A stretch of 64,000 nucleotides of DNA, from NCBI GenBank assembly GCA_016432425.1, contig CP066688.1:726647-790646 (forward strand), in the 5' to 3' direction. This DNA is from Candidatus Daviesbacteria bacterium (GTDB lineage: Bacteria; Patescibacteriota; Microgenomatia; Daviesbacterales; UBA10151). The position numbers were made by a program, and so were the translations under genes. The notes under the pieces are model-generated. The model made no database searches, had not been told where the DNA came from, and saw nothing but the letters and a program-made list of their open reading frames with translations. How positions within the stretch are numbered: position 1 is the stretch's first letter; each line of letters opens with the position of its first letter. Of this stretch, positions 27,681 through 36,291 are shown one piece after another.

Positions 27681-27712
27681 CTTTATCTTAATTTAAGAGG
27701 CACAATGAGGGT

Positions 27713-27910
27713 ATGGATATGAAGAGGTCATATCAATATTTTGCCAAACATCCTCACTTTAATGCCATAGCCCATACCCTGGCCGGTATCGGGATAGGCA
27801 TGCTTTTAGTTTATCCTATTTTTGAGGGTCACACCGTCCGTTATGGACTTATTTTCTTAAGCTTAGGTTTAGCCTTACATGCTTATCCCCTCTTTATCGG
27901 CAAAAAGTAA
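27713..27910 (+). CDS. Small two-TM hypothetical protein
   Basis: 65-aa ORF with hydrophobic helices and a promoter-like upstream region. Confidence 0.6.
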   Translation: MDMKRSYQYFAKHPHFNAIAHTLAGIGIGMLLVYPIFEGHTVRYGLIFLSLGLALHAYPLFIGKK

Positions 27911-27961
27911 TTGCGCGATCCCTTGCGCGATTATTACGCGATTTATGGTATAATATAGCTA

Positions 27962-29020
27962 ATGTTTGATCCTACCTACTCTATCACTACCACAATTTTA
28001 TCCAGAATTGCGGAAATTGCCGAGATTAAAGCAGCGATTGAACGTTCCCGGGTCCTGCCTTTAAACGAGGCCCAACTGCGCCGCCAGGCCATTTTGCGGA
28101 TGGCCCATACTTCTACTTCCATAGAAGGTAATAAATTGGCCCAATTTGAAGTAGGTAAGGTGTTGGAAGGTCAGGTAGTGAGAGCTCCCCAAAAAGATAT
28201 TCTGGAAGTAGAAAATTATTATCAGGCCTTAAAACTTTTAGATGAGCTGTCTAAAAAGAAAAATGATATTACCGAAGAAGAAATCTTGAATCTACATAAA
28301 ATAATTGTTAACGGTTTGGTGGAGCCGGAAAAGATAGGTAAACTTAGGCCCGGTGATGTTTATATTTTAGATGATTTAGGTGATGGCCGGGAGCAATTGC
28401 GTTTTAAAGCCCCACCCGCCAAAGAAGTAAAAAAATTAATTACTGAGCTGCTGGCTTGGTTAAAAGATTCCCGGGAAAAAGGAGTACATCCTATTATCAG
28501 AGCCGGAATCCTGCACTTGCAATTTGTGACTGTCCACCCTTTTACTGATGGTAATGGCCGTCTGGCTAGGCTGCTAACCCAACTGCTGCTTTATCGGGAT
28601 AACTGGGATTTTCGCCGGGTGATTGTTTTGGAAGATTATTATAACCGTGATCGGTTGAGCTATTATAGCGCGGAAAATTACAGCCAGGGCAAAAATTATC
28701 AAAAAGAAATGGATTTTACTCATTGGCTGGAGTATTTTACCACCGGATTTTTGGTGGAGGCAAGACGTGCTTTGGAACAAGTTCAGGCAATTGGTTTTGG
28801 TAAAAAGAGCCGCAAATCCGAACAGATTTTCTTAACTAATGATGAGCTGCAAATGATGGATTTTTTGACTACAGTGGGAAAAATTACTTCGGATGATGTG
28901 ACTGATATTCTAAAGGTGGGCAAAAGATCAGCCCAATTAAAACTAAAACGCCTCTTGGATTATAGATTGATCAAGCAAACCGGTAAGGGTCCGGCTACTT
29001 TCTACACCTTGGCCAAATGA
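27962..29020 (+). CDS. Fic family protein with C-terminal winged HTH
   Basis: STSIEGN inhibitory motif; HPFTDGNGRLAR; C-terminal HTH ending GKGPATFY. Confidence 0.92.
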   Translation: MFDPTYSITTTILSRIAEIAEIKAAIERSRVLPLNEAQLRRQAILRMAHTSTSIEGNKLAQFEVGKVLEGQVVRAPQKDILEVENYYQALKLLDELSKKKNDITEEEILNLHKIIVNGLVEPEKIGKLRPGDVYILDDLGDGREQLRFKAPPAKEVKKLITELLAWLKDSREKGVHPIIRAGILHLQFVTVHPFTDGNGRLARLLTQLLLYRDNWDFRRVIVLEDYYNRDRLSYYSAENYSQGKNYQKEMDFTHWLEYFTTGFLVEARRALEQVQAIGFGKKSRKSEQIFLTNDELQMMDFLTTVGKITSDDVTDILKVGKRSAQLKLKRLLDYRLIKQTGKGPATFYTLAK

Positions 29021-29024
29021 TTTA

Positions 29025-29066
29025 TGGTGAGTGAACTTGTACTGAGTGTAACCGAAGTAGCTGAAC
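29025..29066 (-). repeat. Diverged inverted copy of the inner part of the 90-bp repeat
   Basis: tggtgagtgaacttgtactgagtgtaaccgaagtagctgaac aligns without gaps to the repeat's reverse complement tggtgagcgaactcgtactgagcacagtcgaagtagtcgaac. Confidence 0.8.
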
Positions 29067-29199
29067 TAGTGCGCTTTTTTCTGCGCGATAATTGCGCGAT
29101 TTGCTTTTTTTACTCCATTATGGGATAATAATTTTAGTGTGATGAGTGCATTTAGTATTTTTATCTAATCACCTCGCATGAATTTAGAAAGAAAGAGAG

Positions 29200-29466
29200 G
29201 TGATTTTTTTGAACAATAAGAAATTATTCGTTGGTTCCCTACCATGGGAAGTTGATGATAACAAACTCGCGGAAATTTTTTCTCAAGCTGGAACAGTAGT
29301 TTCTGCTCAAGTAATTAAAGATCGTGATAGTGGTCGCAGTAAAGGATATGGTTTTGTGGAAATGTCTACAGAAGAAGAAGCCCAAAAAGCAGTTCAAACC
29401 TTAAACGGTTCTGATGTTTCTGGTCGTCAAATTGTAGTCAACATTGCCCGTCCTAGAGAAAATTAA
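29200..29466 (+). CDS. RRM-domain RNA-binding protein
   Basis: RNP2 KLFVGSL, RNP1 KGYGFVEM. Confidence 0.92.
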   Translation: MIFLNNKKLFVGSLPWEVDDNKLAEIFSQAGTVVSAQVIKDRDSGRSKGYGFVEMSTEEEAQKAVQTLNGSDVSGRQIVVNIARPREN

Positions 29467-29485
29467 TTTCCTAGGATTGATTTGT

Positions 29486-29517
29486 AATTAAACCCTCGGA
29501 AAACCGAGGGTTTAATT
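29486..29517. terminator. Bidirectional terminator
   Basis: aattaaaccctcgg-aaaa-ccgagggtttaatt between convergent genes. Confidence 0.75.
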
Positions 29518-30440
29518 TAAGGGAACATAGAAGCAAATTTTTCTATAGGTAAACTTCCACCAATTTTTACTCTGGGCATATCATAGACAGTACCTTCTGT
29601 CTCAAGAGTCCCTGCCCACGTGCCTACAGACCCTAAATATCCGGCCGCTTTGGCAGTTGTCCAAACTCTCTCATCAGAGGTGCCGTAGGGATAAGCCATA
29701 AAATTAACTGGTTTACCTAATATATCTTCTAAAACTTTTTTACTCTGTATCAACTGATAAGTTAATTGATCATTGTCCATACTTGGTAAGTTTACATGGT
29801 TAACGCTGTGACCCTGAAAAGAGATTAATCCAGTTGAATTCATCTCTTTAATTTGATCCCAGGATAAATAATACCCCTGGTTCATTAAACCAGTGGGAAT
29901 AAAAGATACGGCATGAAAATTCAGACGGCGCAAAATAGGAAAAGCATTGACATAAAAATCAATATAACCATCATCAAAAGTAAGGACTATTGGTTTACCT
30001 GGTAGCTCAGCAGTCCCTTTTAACCTGGCATATAAAGTATCTAGGGTAATAGGAGTATAACCGCGAGTGGCCAGATGAGTCATTTGTTTTTCAAATAAAT
30101 CCGGAGCCACTGATAAATTGTCTCTGGCTTTATCATCTGGATTGGGGTTGTTGCCAATATAATGGTACATCAAGATTGGGACATTTACCGAGCGCCCATA
30201 ACTTACTGGTATAGAAATTTTAGGAGACGCTGTAGCATTGGGAGTACTTTGGGTAGAATTGGTAGCTTCAACTTTTAACTCTGAATTTAGGATAGGGGTA
30301 TTGACGGTTTTTGACTTGATTGTTTGATTTAGGCCTAGCAGATTTGTTTGGGTAGTGATAATTACTTCTAATAATATGAGTAATGCCAAGACCAAGACGG
30401 CATTTAAAACAGTAATTTTTTGATTTAAAAACTTAAGCAC
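29517..30440 (-). CDS. Polysaccharide deacetylase (CE4/NodB), membrane-anchored
   Basis: PILMYH, LTFDDG, HSVNH, AYPYG. Confidence 0.9.
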   Translation of the reverse strand: MLKFLNQKITVLNAVLVLALLILLEVIITTQTNLLGLNQTIKSKTVNTPILNSELKVEATNSTQSTPNATASPKISIPVSYGRSVNVPILMYHYIGNNPNPDDKARDNLSVAPDLFEKQMTHLATRGYTPITLDTLYARLKGTAELPGKPIVLTFDDGYIDFYVNAFPILRRLNFHAVSFIPTGLMNQGYYLSWDQIKEMNSTGLISFQGHSVNHVNLPSMDNDQLTYQLIQSKKVLEDILGKPVNFMAYPYGTSDERVWTTAKAAGYLGSVGTWAGTLETEGTVYDMPRVKIGGSLPIEKFASMFP

Positions 30441-30508
30441 AACTCAACTATTATAATTCTCCTTAAGGTTTTGGTACAATATAGGGCATGCCGGGGTGGC
30501 GGAAGAAA

Positions 30509-30590
30509 GGGCTAGTGGCGGAATTGGTATACGCGCGCGCCTTAAGAGCGTGTGGGGAAACCCTTGTGGGTTCGAGTCCCACCTAGCCTA
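30509..30590 (+). tRNA. tRNA-Leu(TAA)
   Basis: cgcgc-CT TAA GA-gcgtg; long variable arm; GTTCGAGTC. Confidence 0.92.
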
Positions 30591-30612
30591 CATTCTCGGG
30601 GACTAGTTCATC

Positions 30613-30684
30613 GGTAAGCAGAGCTTGCCATCTGGTGATGGTAAGCAGAGCTTGCCATCTGGTGATGGTAAGCAGAGCTTGCCA
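30613..30684 (+). repeat. 27-bp tandem repeat, about 2.7 copies
   Basis: ggtaagcagagcttgccatctggtgat at 30613 and 30640, partial at 30667. Confidence 0.9.
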
Positions 30685-30705
30685 ATGAACTGTCGGATTA
30701 TATTT

Positions 30706-30777
30706 CGGGGACTAGTTCATCGGTAGAACGCTCGGTTTGGGACCGAGAAGTACAGGGTTCAATTCCCTGGTCCCCGA
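30706..30777 (+). tRNA. tRNA-Pro(TGG)
   Basis: ctcgg-TT TGG GA-ccgag; GTTCAATTC. Confidence 0.93.
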
Positions 30778-30796
30778 CTCTAATAATTACTCTTCA

Positions 30797-31354
30797 ATGG
30801 ACGAGCCAAACTTAAAACTAGCTTTACTTCAGGGTAAAATTGTGGTTATGCCTACAGACACTATTTATGGGATAGTAGGCTCTGCCCTAACCCAGGAAAC
30901 TGTGGAGAAGATTTATGCTTTGCGCAAAAGAGCTCTTAGTAAACCAATGATTATTCTAATTTCCTCTCTGGAAGATTTAAAGAAATTTAAGGTAGAATTA
31001 GATAGTTTTACCCTGGATTTTTTAAATAAACATTGGCCAGCAGCTTTAAGTGTAGTACTCCCCTGCTTATCCCCTGAATTTGAGTATTTACACAGAGGTA
31101 CAAAGAGTTTGGCTTTTAGAATGCCGAAAAATATTAAGTTGCTGAACTTATTAAGGCAAGTGGGGCCATTGGTTGCTCCCAGTGCTAATTTTGAAGGGGA
31201 AAAACCGGCTGAAAATGTGGAGGAAGCCAGAAAGTATTTTGGGGATGAGGTAATTTATGTGGATGGAGGAAAATTATCAGGTCAAACTTCTACTTTAATA
31301 GAAATTAAAAACAGCCAGGTAAAAATCTTGCGTGAAGGTGCAGTTAAAGTTTAA
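30797..31354 (+). CDS. tsaC: L-threonylcarbamoyladenylate synthase (TsaC/Sua5)
   Basis: PTDTIYG, RKR...KP, WPAALS, AFRMP, PSAN, STL. Start moved from 30737, which lies inside the tRNA. Confidence 0.92.
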   Translation: MDEPNLKLALLQGKIVVMPTDTIYGIVGSALTQETVEKIYALRKRALSKPMIILISSLEDLKKFKVELDSFTLDFLNKHWPAALSVVLPCLSPEFEYLHRGTKSLAFRMPKNIKLLNLLRQVGPLVAPSANFEGEKPAENVEEARKYFGDEVIYVDGGKLSGQTSTLIEIKNSQVKILREGAVKV

Positions 31355-31497
31355 GAGCGGGTGAGGGTACTTCGCTCGAACCTTTTTGATTATATCACTC
31401 CTGAATTAGAACTCGAGCTAATAACTCTTATGCATCACTTAAAAATTGATAGCTTTAAAGAACTAAATAGAGCCAACAGGTTTAAGTAATTATCACT

Positions 31498-31770
31498 TTA
31501 TTTTCTATACACTTCATCATGCGTACCTAGATCTACAAAATATGCGATATCTTTGTCTAGCAGTAAGTAAACCATTCTAAGTCCTTTACTTAGGGAGATA
31601 CTCCATCTATTCGTAAGGTTACCTGTTAATTTATGTGTTCTTAGCGATGGGTGTTTCGGATTTTCTTGAAATAATGCAAGCTGTTTTTCTATTTTTTTGC
31701 TTAGTTTCTTGTCTTTTCTTTTTAATTTAGCAAGTTCACTAATAACTTCAGAAGAAAATTTAACGCGCAT
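31498..31770 (-). CDS. RelE/YafQ-family type II toxin
   Basis: NPKHPSLRTHKLTG...WSIS...R...LGTHDEVY. Confidence 0.85.
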   Translation of the reverse strand: MRVKFSSEVISELAKLKRKDKKLSKKIEKQLALFQENPKHPSLRTHKLTGNLTNRWSISLSKGLRMVYLLLDKDIAYFVDLGTHDEVYRK

Positions 31771-31773
31771 TTA

Positions 31774-32037
31774 TTATTTAAGATCTTCAAAAAATTTATG
31801 CATATCTTTAACTTCTACTGCTTTATCATACTCTTCTAGTGCTTTTTTTGTATTTCTTTCTACACGTTCTGAAGCTATAAAAGTTGGATATTCTTCGTTT
31901 TCCACCTCTTTAAGGATTAAATGTTTAACTAATTGAGTCACAGGAACTCCAAGCCTAGCAGCCTTTGACTCTAAGCGATCGTTTAATTGTTCAGAGAGAC
32001 TGATTTTTAGCTGAATTTGTGAAGATATGGTATTCAT
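31774..32037 (-). CDS. Cognate antitoxin (RHH-like)
   Basis: Directly upstream of the toxin; beta-helix-helix N-terminus, acidic C-terminus. Confidence 0.75.
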   Translation of the reverse strand: MNTISSQIQLKISLSEQLNDRLESKAARLGVPVTQLVKHLILKEVENEEYPTFIASERVERNTKKALEEYDKAVEVKDMHKFFEDLK

Positions 32038-32039
32038 AG

Positions 32040-32075
32040 TACCTATATACTACCTAAAAAGTACCTAGTTGTCAA
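32040..32075 (-). promoter_or_regulatory. TA promoter with three operator-like repeats
   Basis: TTGACA-17-TAGTAT on the minus strand; TACCTA at 32040, 32051, 32062. Confidence 0.65.
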
Positions 32076-32212
32076 GATGAGATTGGGATGCTATACTTCT
32101 ACACCGAATGATCCTTTTGGTGAAAGCACTTTTTTAGGGAGCGAACGTTGGCGTGATGCACTTATGATCCATTTTGGGAAAGTTTTACTTTTCTGGCCAC
32201 AGGGACCGACTT

Positions 32213-32656
32213 TTATTCTGCAATTTCTAGTTTCTCAATATTGAGTACTGCCAATGGCCCATAAATCTCAATACATTTATTTTGAATGCATTGTTTTGAA
32301 GAACTGGTATATTTTCCTTCAATGTATTTTACTCTCTTTCCGTTAAATTGTTCTAAATCTATGTCGCTTTTTCCTACTGTTATCCTAAAAAAATTAGTAT
32401 TTCCGTTCTCATTGTTGATAAAAACATCAGGTCCTTTGTATTCGACACAATATGCGTTGCCCTGACCTTGGAATTGTTCCTGCCAACCTTGTCCATTAGG
32501 GCAATTTTTAGTAATTCTGTATTCGCCTTTAGAATTGTTCAGTGGAAAAAAGTGCGGAGGTTCATCAGTAAAGATTGCCCTTGCAAACCAACCTATAAAG
32601 GCAAAAATAGCTAGAGTTAGTATAAGTAAGACCTTCTTTGTAGTAAGCTTTTTCAT
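32213..32656 (-). CDS. Hypothetical exported protein with four Cys
   Basis: N-terminal TM helix, beta-rich domain. Confidence 0.6.
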   Translation of the reverse strand: MKKLTTKKVLLILTLAIFAFIGWFARAIFTDEPPHFFPLNNSKGEYRITKNCPNGQGWQEQFQGQGNAYCVEYKGPDVFINNENGNTNFFRITVGKSDIDLEQFNGKRVKYIEGKYTSSSKQCIQNKCIEIYGPLAVLNIEKLEIAE

Positions 32657-33074
32657 ATACCTTATTAGAACTTTTCTATCAGTTTATGTACATTTATGTA
32701 GATAACTGTTGATTGGAGCTCTTTTACGAAAAAGTTCGCACTCAGTTTCGCCAAAGGTAGGCGGCGCGGTCCTTTTCGCGCCGCCTCTTGTCCGCTCGGC
32801 CTTCGGCCTCGCTCTATGTATTTTTTGCTAAGACAGAAAGACGAATGCGCGCGATTTTTTTATTTATAGTCCGCCTATGGCGGACAGAAAAACAAAACCA
32901 ATTTAATGTTTTCTTGCCCCAACCCTACCCAGCGCGAAAACTTTTTAACTACCTATATTATACAGAAAATTATAAAGGTTGGAAGTAATTGGCCAATTTC
33001 GCCCATTTTGGCCATCCTCTCCCCGAAGTGCTACGGTGTAAACTTTAATGATTCAATTACTCTCAATTTTAAAA

Positions 33075-34127
33075 TTAAGAACTAGCGCTTACTTTAGGAC
33101 TATAGTTTTCTACTCTAATCATTTGATTATTCCGCCTATCTTTAAATACTAAGAAGTATCCGGTGTCATCTTTTGCTTCTTTGTATCTTTTGCTTGCCTG
33201 TTCCAGTGAACTAACCGCTGCCATATCCGCTTCCCACTCTGAACCTCCCAAGAAGTGACTAGTCTCATGTCTAAATAATTGGCTTAACCACTGACCATAA
33301 TTTTCATACTTCATAGGCACGTACTCACGTAAATGACCCTCAGTTGGTTGGTTTTTAAGTATGGCCGACGGTTCTGGTAAATCATCCCTACTTGTTAATA
33401 GTTCGGTTAAGGTACCCGTAGCCAAGATTAAAAAATATCTATCTTGCATTCTACGTCTCTGTTCTGTATCTTCCAAATCAATCTCATGTTTCATAAAGTG
33501 GCCCACGGCTTTAATATAAGGGCCTTGATAATTAATTCTACTAAAAAAATCTCTTAAATCATTATTGGGGACTTGTAATGCATCTTCACCAGTAATAATT
33601 TTGGATCCTAATAATACAATATCTAGTGTTGGTTTCTCAAATATAAACTCTCTACCGCTCAAGTTAGTTTTCTGTAATCCTTTAGCTCGAGTTTCCTTAA
33701 GATTTTTAAATAGAGGCATTTCTAGAATTCCCTTTCTCAAGAAAAGATCATACTCACTAGTACTTGTTATAGTAATACCATAATCTTTTAATTCTTGCTC
33801 GGTTAAAGTATCGGACGGCAGTTCTTTTAATTGTCCCCTTTCCGCCACATTTAATGTAGGTGTAGCTGTGGGTACAGACAGATGATAAGTAGATTCAACT
33901 TTGGGCACTTGAGTTCCTTCCGTAGCCTTAGTATTTCCACAACCAGCTGATAGCAATAGTTGAAGCATTATCAAACTTGCTAGGCTTCCGTGTAAAAATC
34001 TCTCACTTAATTCATGCAGTTTGTTTCTAATATTTACCGGTAGCTTAGCTTTTTCGTCTGAAATGATCTGCTCCGACCGCTCTAAAATGCTAATCTGTTT
34101 TTGTTCTGCTTCGGCTAGATTCTCCAT
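33075..34127 (-). CDS. Putative lipoprotein zinc metallopeptidase
   Basis: Internal lipobox-like LLLSAGC; HETSH followed by EWEAD. Confidence 0.5.
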   Translation of the reverse strand: MENLAEAEQKQISILERSEQIISDEKAKLPVNIRNKLHELSERFLHGSLASLIMLQLLLSAGCGNTKATEGTQVPKVESTYHLSVPTATPTLNVAERGQLKELPSDTLTEQELKDYGITITSTSEYDLFLRKGILEMPLFKNLKETRAKGLQKTNLSGREFIFEKPTLDIVLLGSKIITGEDALQVPNNDLRDFFSRINYQGPYIKAVGHFMKHEIDLEDTEQRRRMQDRYFLILATGTLTELLTSRDDLPEPSAILKNQPTEGHLREYVPMKYENYGQWLSQLFRHETSHFLGGSEWEADMAAVSSLEQASKRYKEAKDDTGYFLVFKDRRNNQMIRVENYSPKVSASS

Positions 34128-34129
34128 AT

Positions 34130-34366
34130 TTAACTCTTCATTTTATTTTTAAATTCTTCTAAGTAACTTTTTAAGACTACTCTGTCGATTTGAGGAAATA
34201 TATATTCAAATTTATCAGCAGATAAAACAATTTCTGGATTATCCTGAGAAAATCTCAGAACAATAAATTCAGTTATACGCTCCATTAAAATCGGCCTTAT
34301 TTTATCCATTTCTTCTGATGGTAAATTATCTAATTCTAAAAAAATGATGGGATCAAAATAATTCAT
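34130..34366 (-). CDS. Hypothetical protein
   Basis: Operon-like spacing; start MNYFDP chosen to avoid overlap with the upstream gene. Confidence 0.5.
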   Translation of the reverse strand: MNYFDPIIFLELDNLPSEEMDKIRPILMERITEFIVLRFSQDNPEIVLSADKFEYIFPQIDRVVLKSYLEEFKNKMKS

Positions 34367-34385
34367 TTGATTATTCACTTTTATT

Positions 34386-35009
34386 TTATCCTCTTTTAAT
34401 CTTTTTCCAAAACCCATCCGGAACGATTACTAATTTTAGAAAACTTAGCCTTACTAGAAGACTGTCTGCAGTAACTTCAAATTCTTGTGCTAATTCAGGA
34501 AAAGTATCGGGAAGATCAAAAACTGAACAAGGCGTTGGTATGCGATTTTGGATAACAAATTGATCCCATTTTTCTTTCAAAACTTTTTCCGGCATTAACA
34601 CCATACTTGCAAAAGTTCTTGCCTGTCTTTCAATATAATCAAATAATTTAGTATCCAGTTTTTCTTGCCAAGTAATATATTCCTCTAAACCTTTTGGCCC
34701 ATCTTTACTGTACCAATCTTTATGAAGAAATAAATGACCTATTTCCTCAGCAATAGTAAATCTTATTCTTTCAGGTTGTTTTGTGTACATACCTTCATCA
34801 ATTACAATAGAATCAAAATTCTGATTAATAAACGCATTGACTCCAAAATTTTTGATTAAACCACTGATTAGGATAATTTTAAGTTCCAATTTTAATTCTG
34901 CAATATCCTCAATTGGTACTGGAAGAGTTAAGGAAGAATGATAACTTTCTAAAAATAGATTCGCTTGGTTTTTAACGTCTTGTAAAGTTATGTTGCTGGG
35001 TGTTTTCAT
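34386..35009 (-). CDS. ImmA/IrrE-family (peptidase M78) protein with variant active site
   Basis: LPVPIEDI, RIRFTIAEEIGHLFLH, ERQARTFASMVLMP, LAQEFEVT...RL. Confidence 0.82.
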   Translation of the reverse strand: MKTPSNITLQDVKNQANLFLESYHSSLTLPVPIEDIAELKLELKIILISGLIKNFGVNAFINQNFDSIVIDEGMYTKQPERIRFTIAEEIGHLFLHKDWYSKDGPKGLEEYITWQEKLDTKLFDYIERQARTFASMVLMPEKVLKEKWDQFVIQNRIPTPCSVFDLPDTFPELAQEFEVTADSLLVRLSFLKLVIVPDGFWKKIKRG

Positions 35010-35396
35010 TCATTTTTCGAGGAGTTTTATTAGCTGCTCCAGTTTTTTCCTATCCAATTTTTTATTTCTCATAGTTCTAAAAAATGCGGGTAACAGATTA
35101 TTTATATTTTCTTGATTTTTTATATCAGTGGGAATTTGTCCTTTGGCTGTATGTGCTAAATCATGAAATTTAATCCAATCTTCTGTATCTCTTTTTATCT
35201 TTAGAGCAGCTGCATATCCTGCTAATTTCTCATCATCTAGCGTAGGCGGCAAGATATTCCTTTCAAGTCTACTTATATTTCCTGGATCATAACCGTATCT
35301 TTCGCAGAAGGCACGAAGGGAAAATCCAAGCTCTATTCTTCTTGATCTGAAGAAATCACCGAAATTTTGGTTTGAAGCATCTTGACTTTTATTCAT
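35010..35396 (-). CDS. XRE-family HTH regulator
   Basis: FGDFFRSRR...SLRAFC...NISRLER...PP; abuts the ImmA-like gene. Confidence 0.88.
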   Translation of the reverse strand: MNKSQDASNQNFGDFFRSRRIELGFSLRAFCERYGYDPGNISRLERNILPPTLDDEKLAGYAAALKIKRDTEDWIKFHDLAHTAKGQIPTDIKNQENINNLLPAFFRTMRNKKLDRKKLEQLIKLLEK

Positions 35397-35398
35397 AG

Positions 35399-35421
35399 GT
35401 GTTGTAATAATAATACAACAC
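35399..35421. promoter_or_regulatory. Palindromic operator candidate
   Basis: gtgttgta-N7-tacaacac between the divergent XRE and HNH genes. Confidence 0.6.
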
Positions 35422-35478
35422 TATTCTAGTATAAACTTTGACTGGTTGTCAAGTTTTGAAGGGAGGTGGAAAAAATTT

Positions 35479-35703
35479 ATGACTTATAAATGCAAGTATT
35501 GCAAATGGGTTGGTTTTAGAAAGGATTTTGAGATCGATCATGTTATTCCAATTGCCAGATCGATTCTACAGAACATCTTACAACCGGCATTAGATTTAAT
35601 CTGTTCCGGTTGCAACAGACAAAAAGGCAAAATGACTGGGGCAGAATACAGATTATGGAGATTGTTAAATCCATACAGAGCAAATTCAGGACCGATTATC
35701 TAA
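35479..35703 (+). CDS. Small HNH endonuclease
   Basis: SD GGGAGGT; CKYC...EIDHVIP...CSGCNRQKG. Confidence 0.8.
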   Translation: MTYKCKYCKWVGFRKDFEIDHVIPIARSILQNILQPALDLICSGCNRQKGKMTGAEYRLWRLLNPYRANSGPII

Positions 35704-35865
35704 AATGAAAAGATTAATATTTTGAAAAGTTCTTTAAAATTTTTGCGTTTTTTGTTCTTTTTAACCGGCGGCTGGTGCCAAGTTACAATTTGGGCTTTGC
35801 AGAGCTCTGCGGCCCCCCTCCCGCGCAGAGCCAACCCTCCGTCCGCTTTGCGGACTCCCTTTCGG

Positions 35866-35936
35866 AGCGGGTGAGGAGAATCGGACTCCCGTATCCAGTT
35901 TGGAAAACTGGTGTTCTACCATTGAACTACACCCGC
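35866..35936 (-). tRNA. tRNA-Gly(TCC)
   Basis: Acceptor GCGGGTG/CACCCGC; ccagt-TT TCC AA-actgg; T-loop TCCGATT. Confidence 0.88.
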
Positions 35937-35982
35937 ACATCAAAATGAATTAAGAATTATTTTACCAGTCTTTGGGCTAGAT

Positions 35983-36291
35983 TTAAAGCGCTTGGAGGTC
36001 GCGGTCGAGTTGAGTTATATCCGAATTATCACTGGTAGTATCAGCAGAATTTAGTTCATTATTTAAGCTATTCAAACTGGATGGAGTTGAACCGGTTGTG
36101 GCAGGAGTATTGGTGGGTACTCCAAGACTACCTTGATTTCTTATATACAGATAAACTCCCGTTGCCAGCACTACCACTACTAAAATTATCATAATAACCC
36201 ATGTAATTGAATTACCCTTTTTATGACTGTCTGGAGTATCAGTTGGTATTTGTATATTGGGCATCGGTTGACTGCTAGTGTTATTGTCCAT
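35983..36291 (-). CDS. Single-TM hypothetical protein
   Basis: One TM helix, Ser/Thr-rich tail; overlaps the upstream gene. Confidence 0.65.
   Translation of the reverse strand: MDNNTSSQPMPNIQIPTDTPDSHKKGNSITWVIMIILVVVVLATGVYLYIRNQGSLGVPTNTPATTGSTPSSLNSLNNELNSADTTSDNSDITQLDRDLQAL

Larger units (their letters stand above)
31355..35876. mobile_element. Degenerate genomic island at the 3' end of tRNA-Gly(TCC)
   Basis: 12-bp direct repeat gagcgggtgagg at 31355 and 35865 (tRNA 3' end); cargo includes TA pair, XRE, ImmA-like and HNH genes; no integrase seen. Confidence 0.55.

Noticed and set aside
30613-30684. Possible CRISPR array
   Set aside because: The units are contiguous identical repeats with no unique spacers, and no cas genes are present.
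32788-32988. 66-aa ORF
   Set aside because: Built from GC-rich hairpins, with no start signals.
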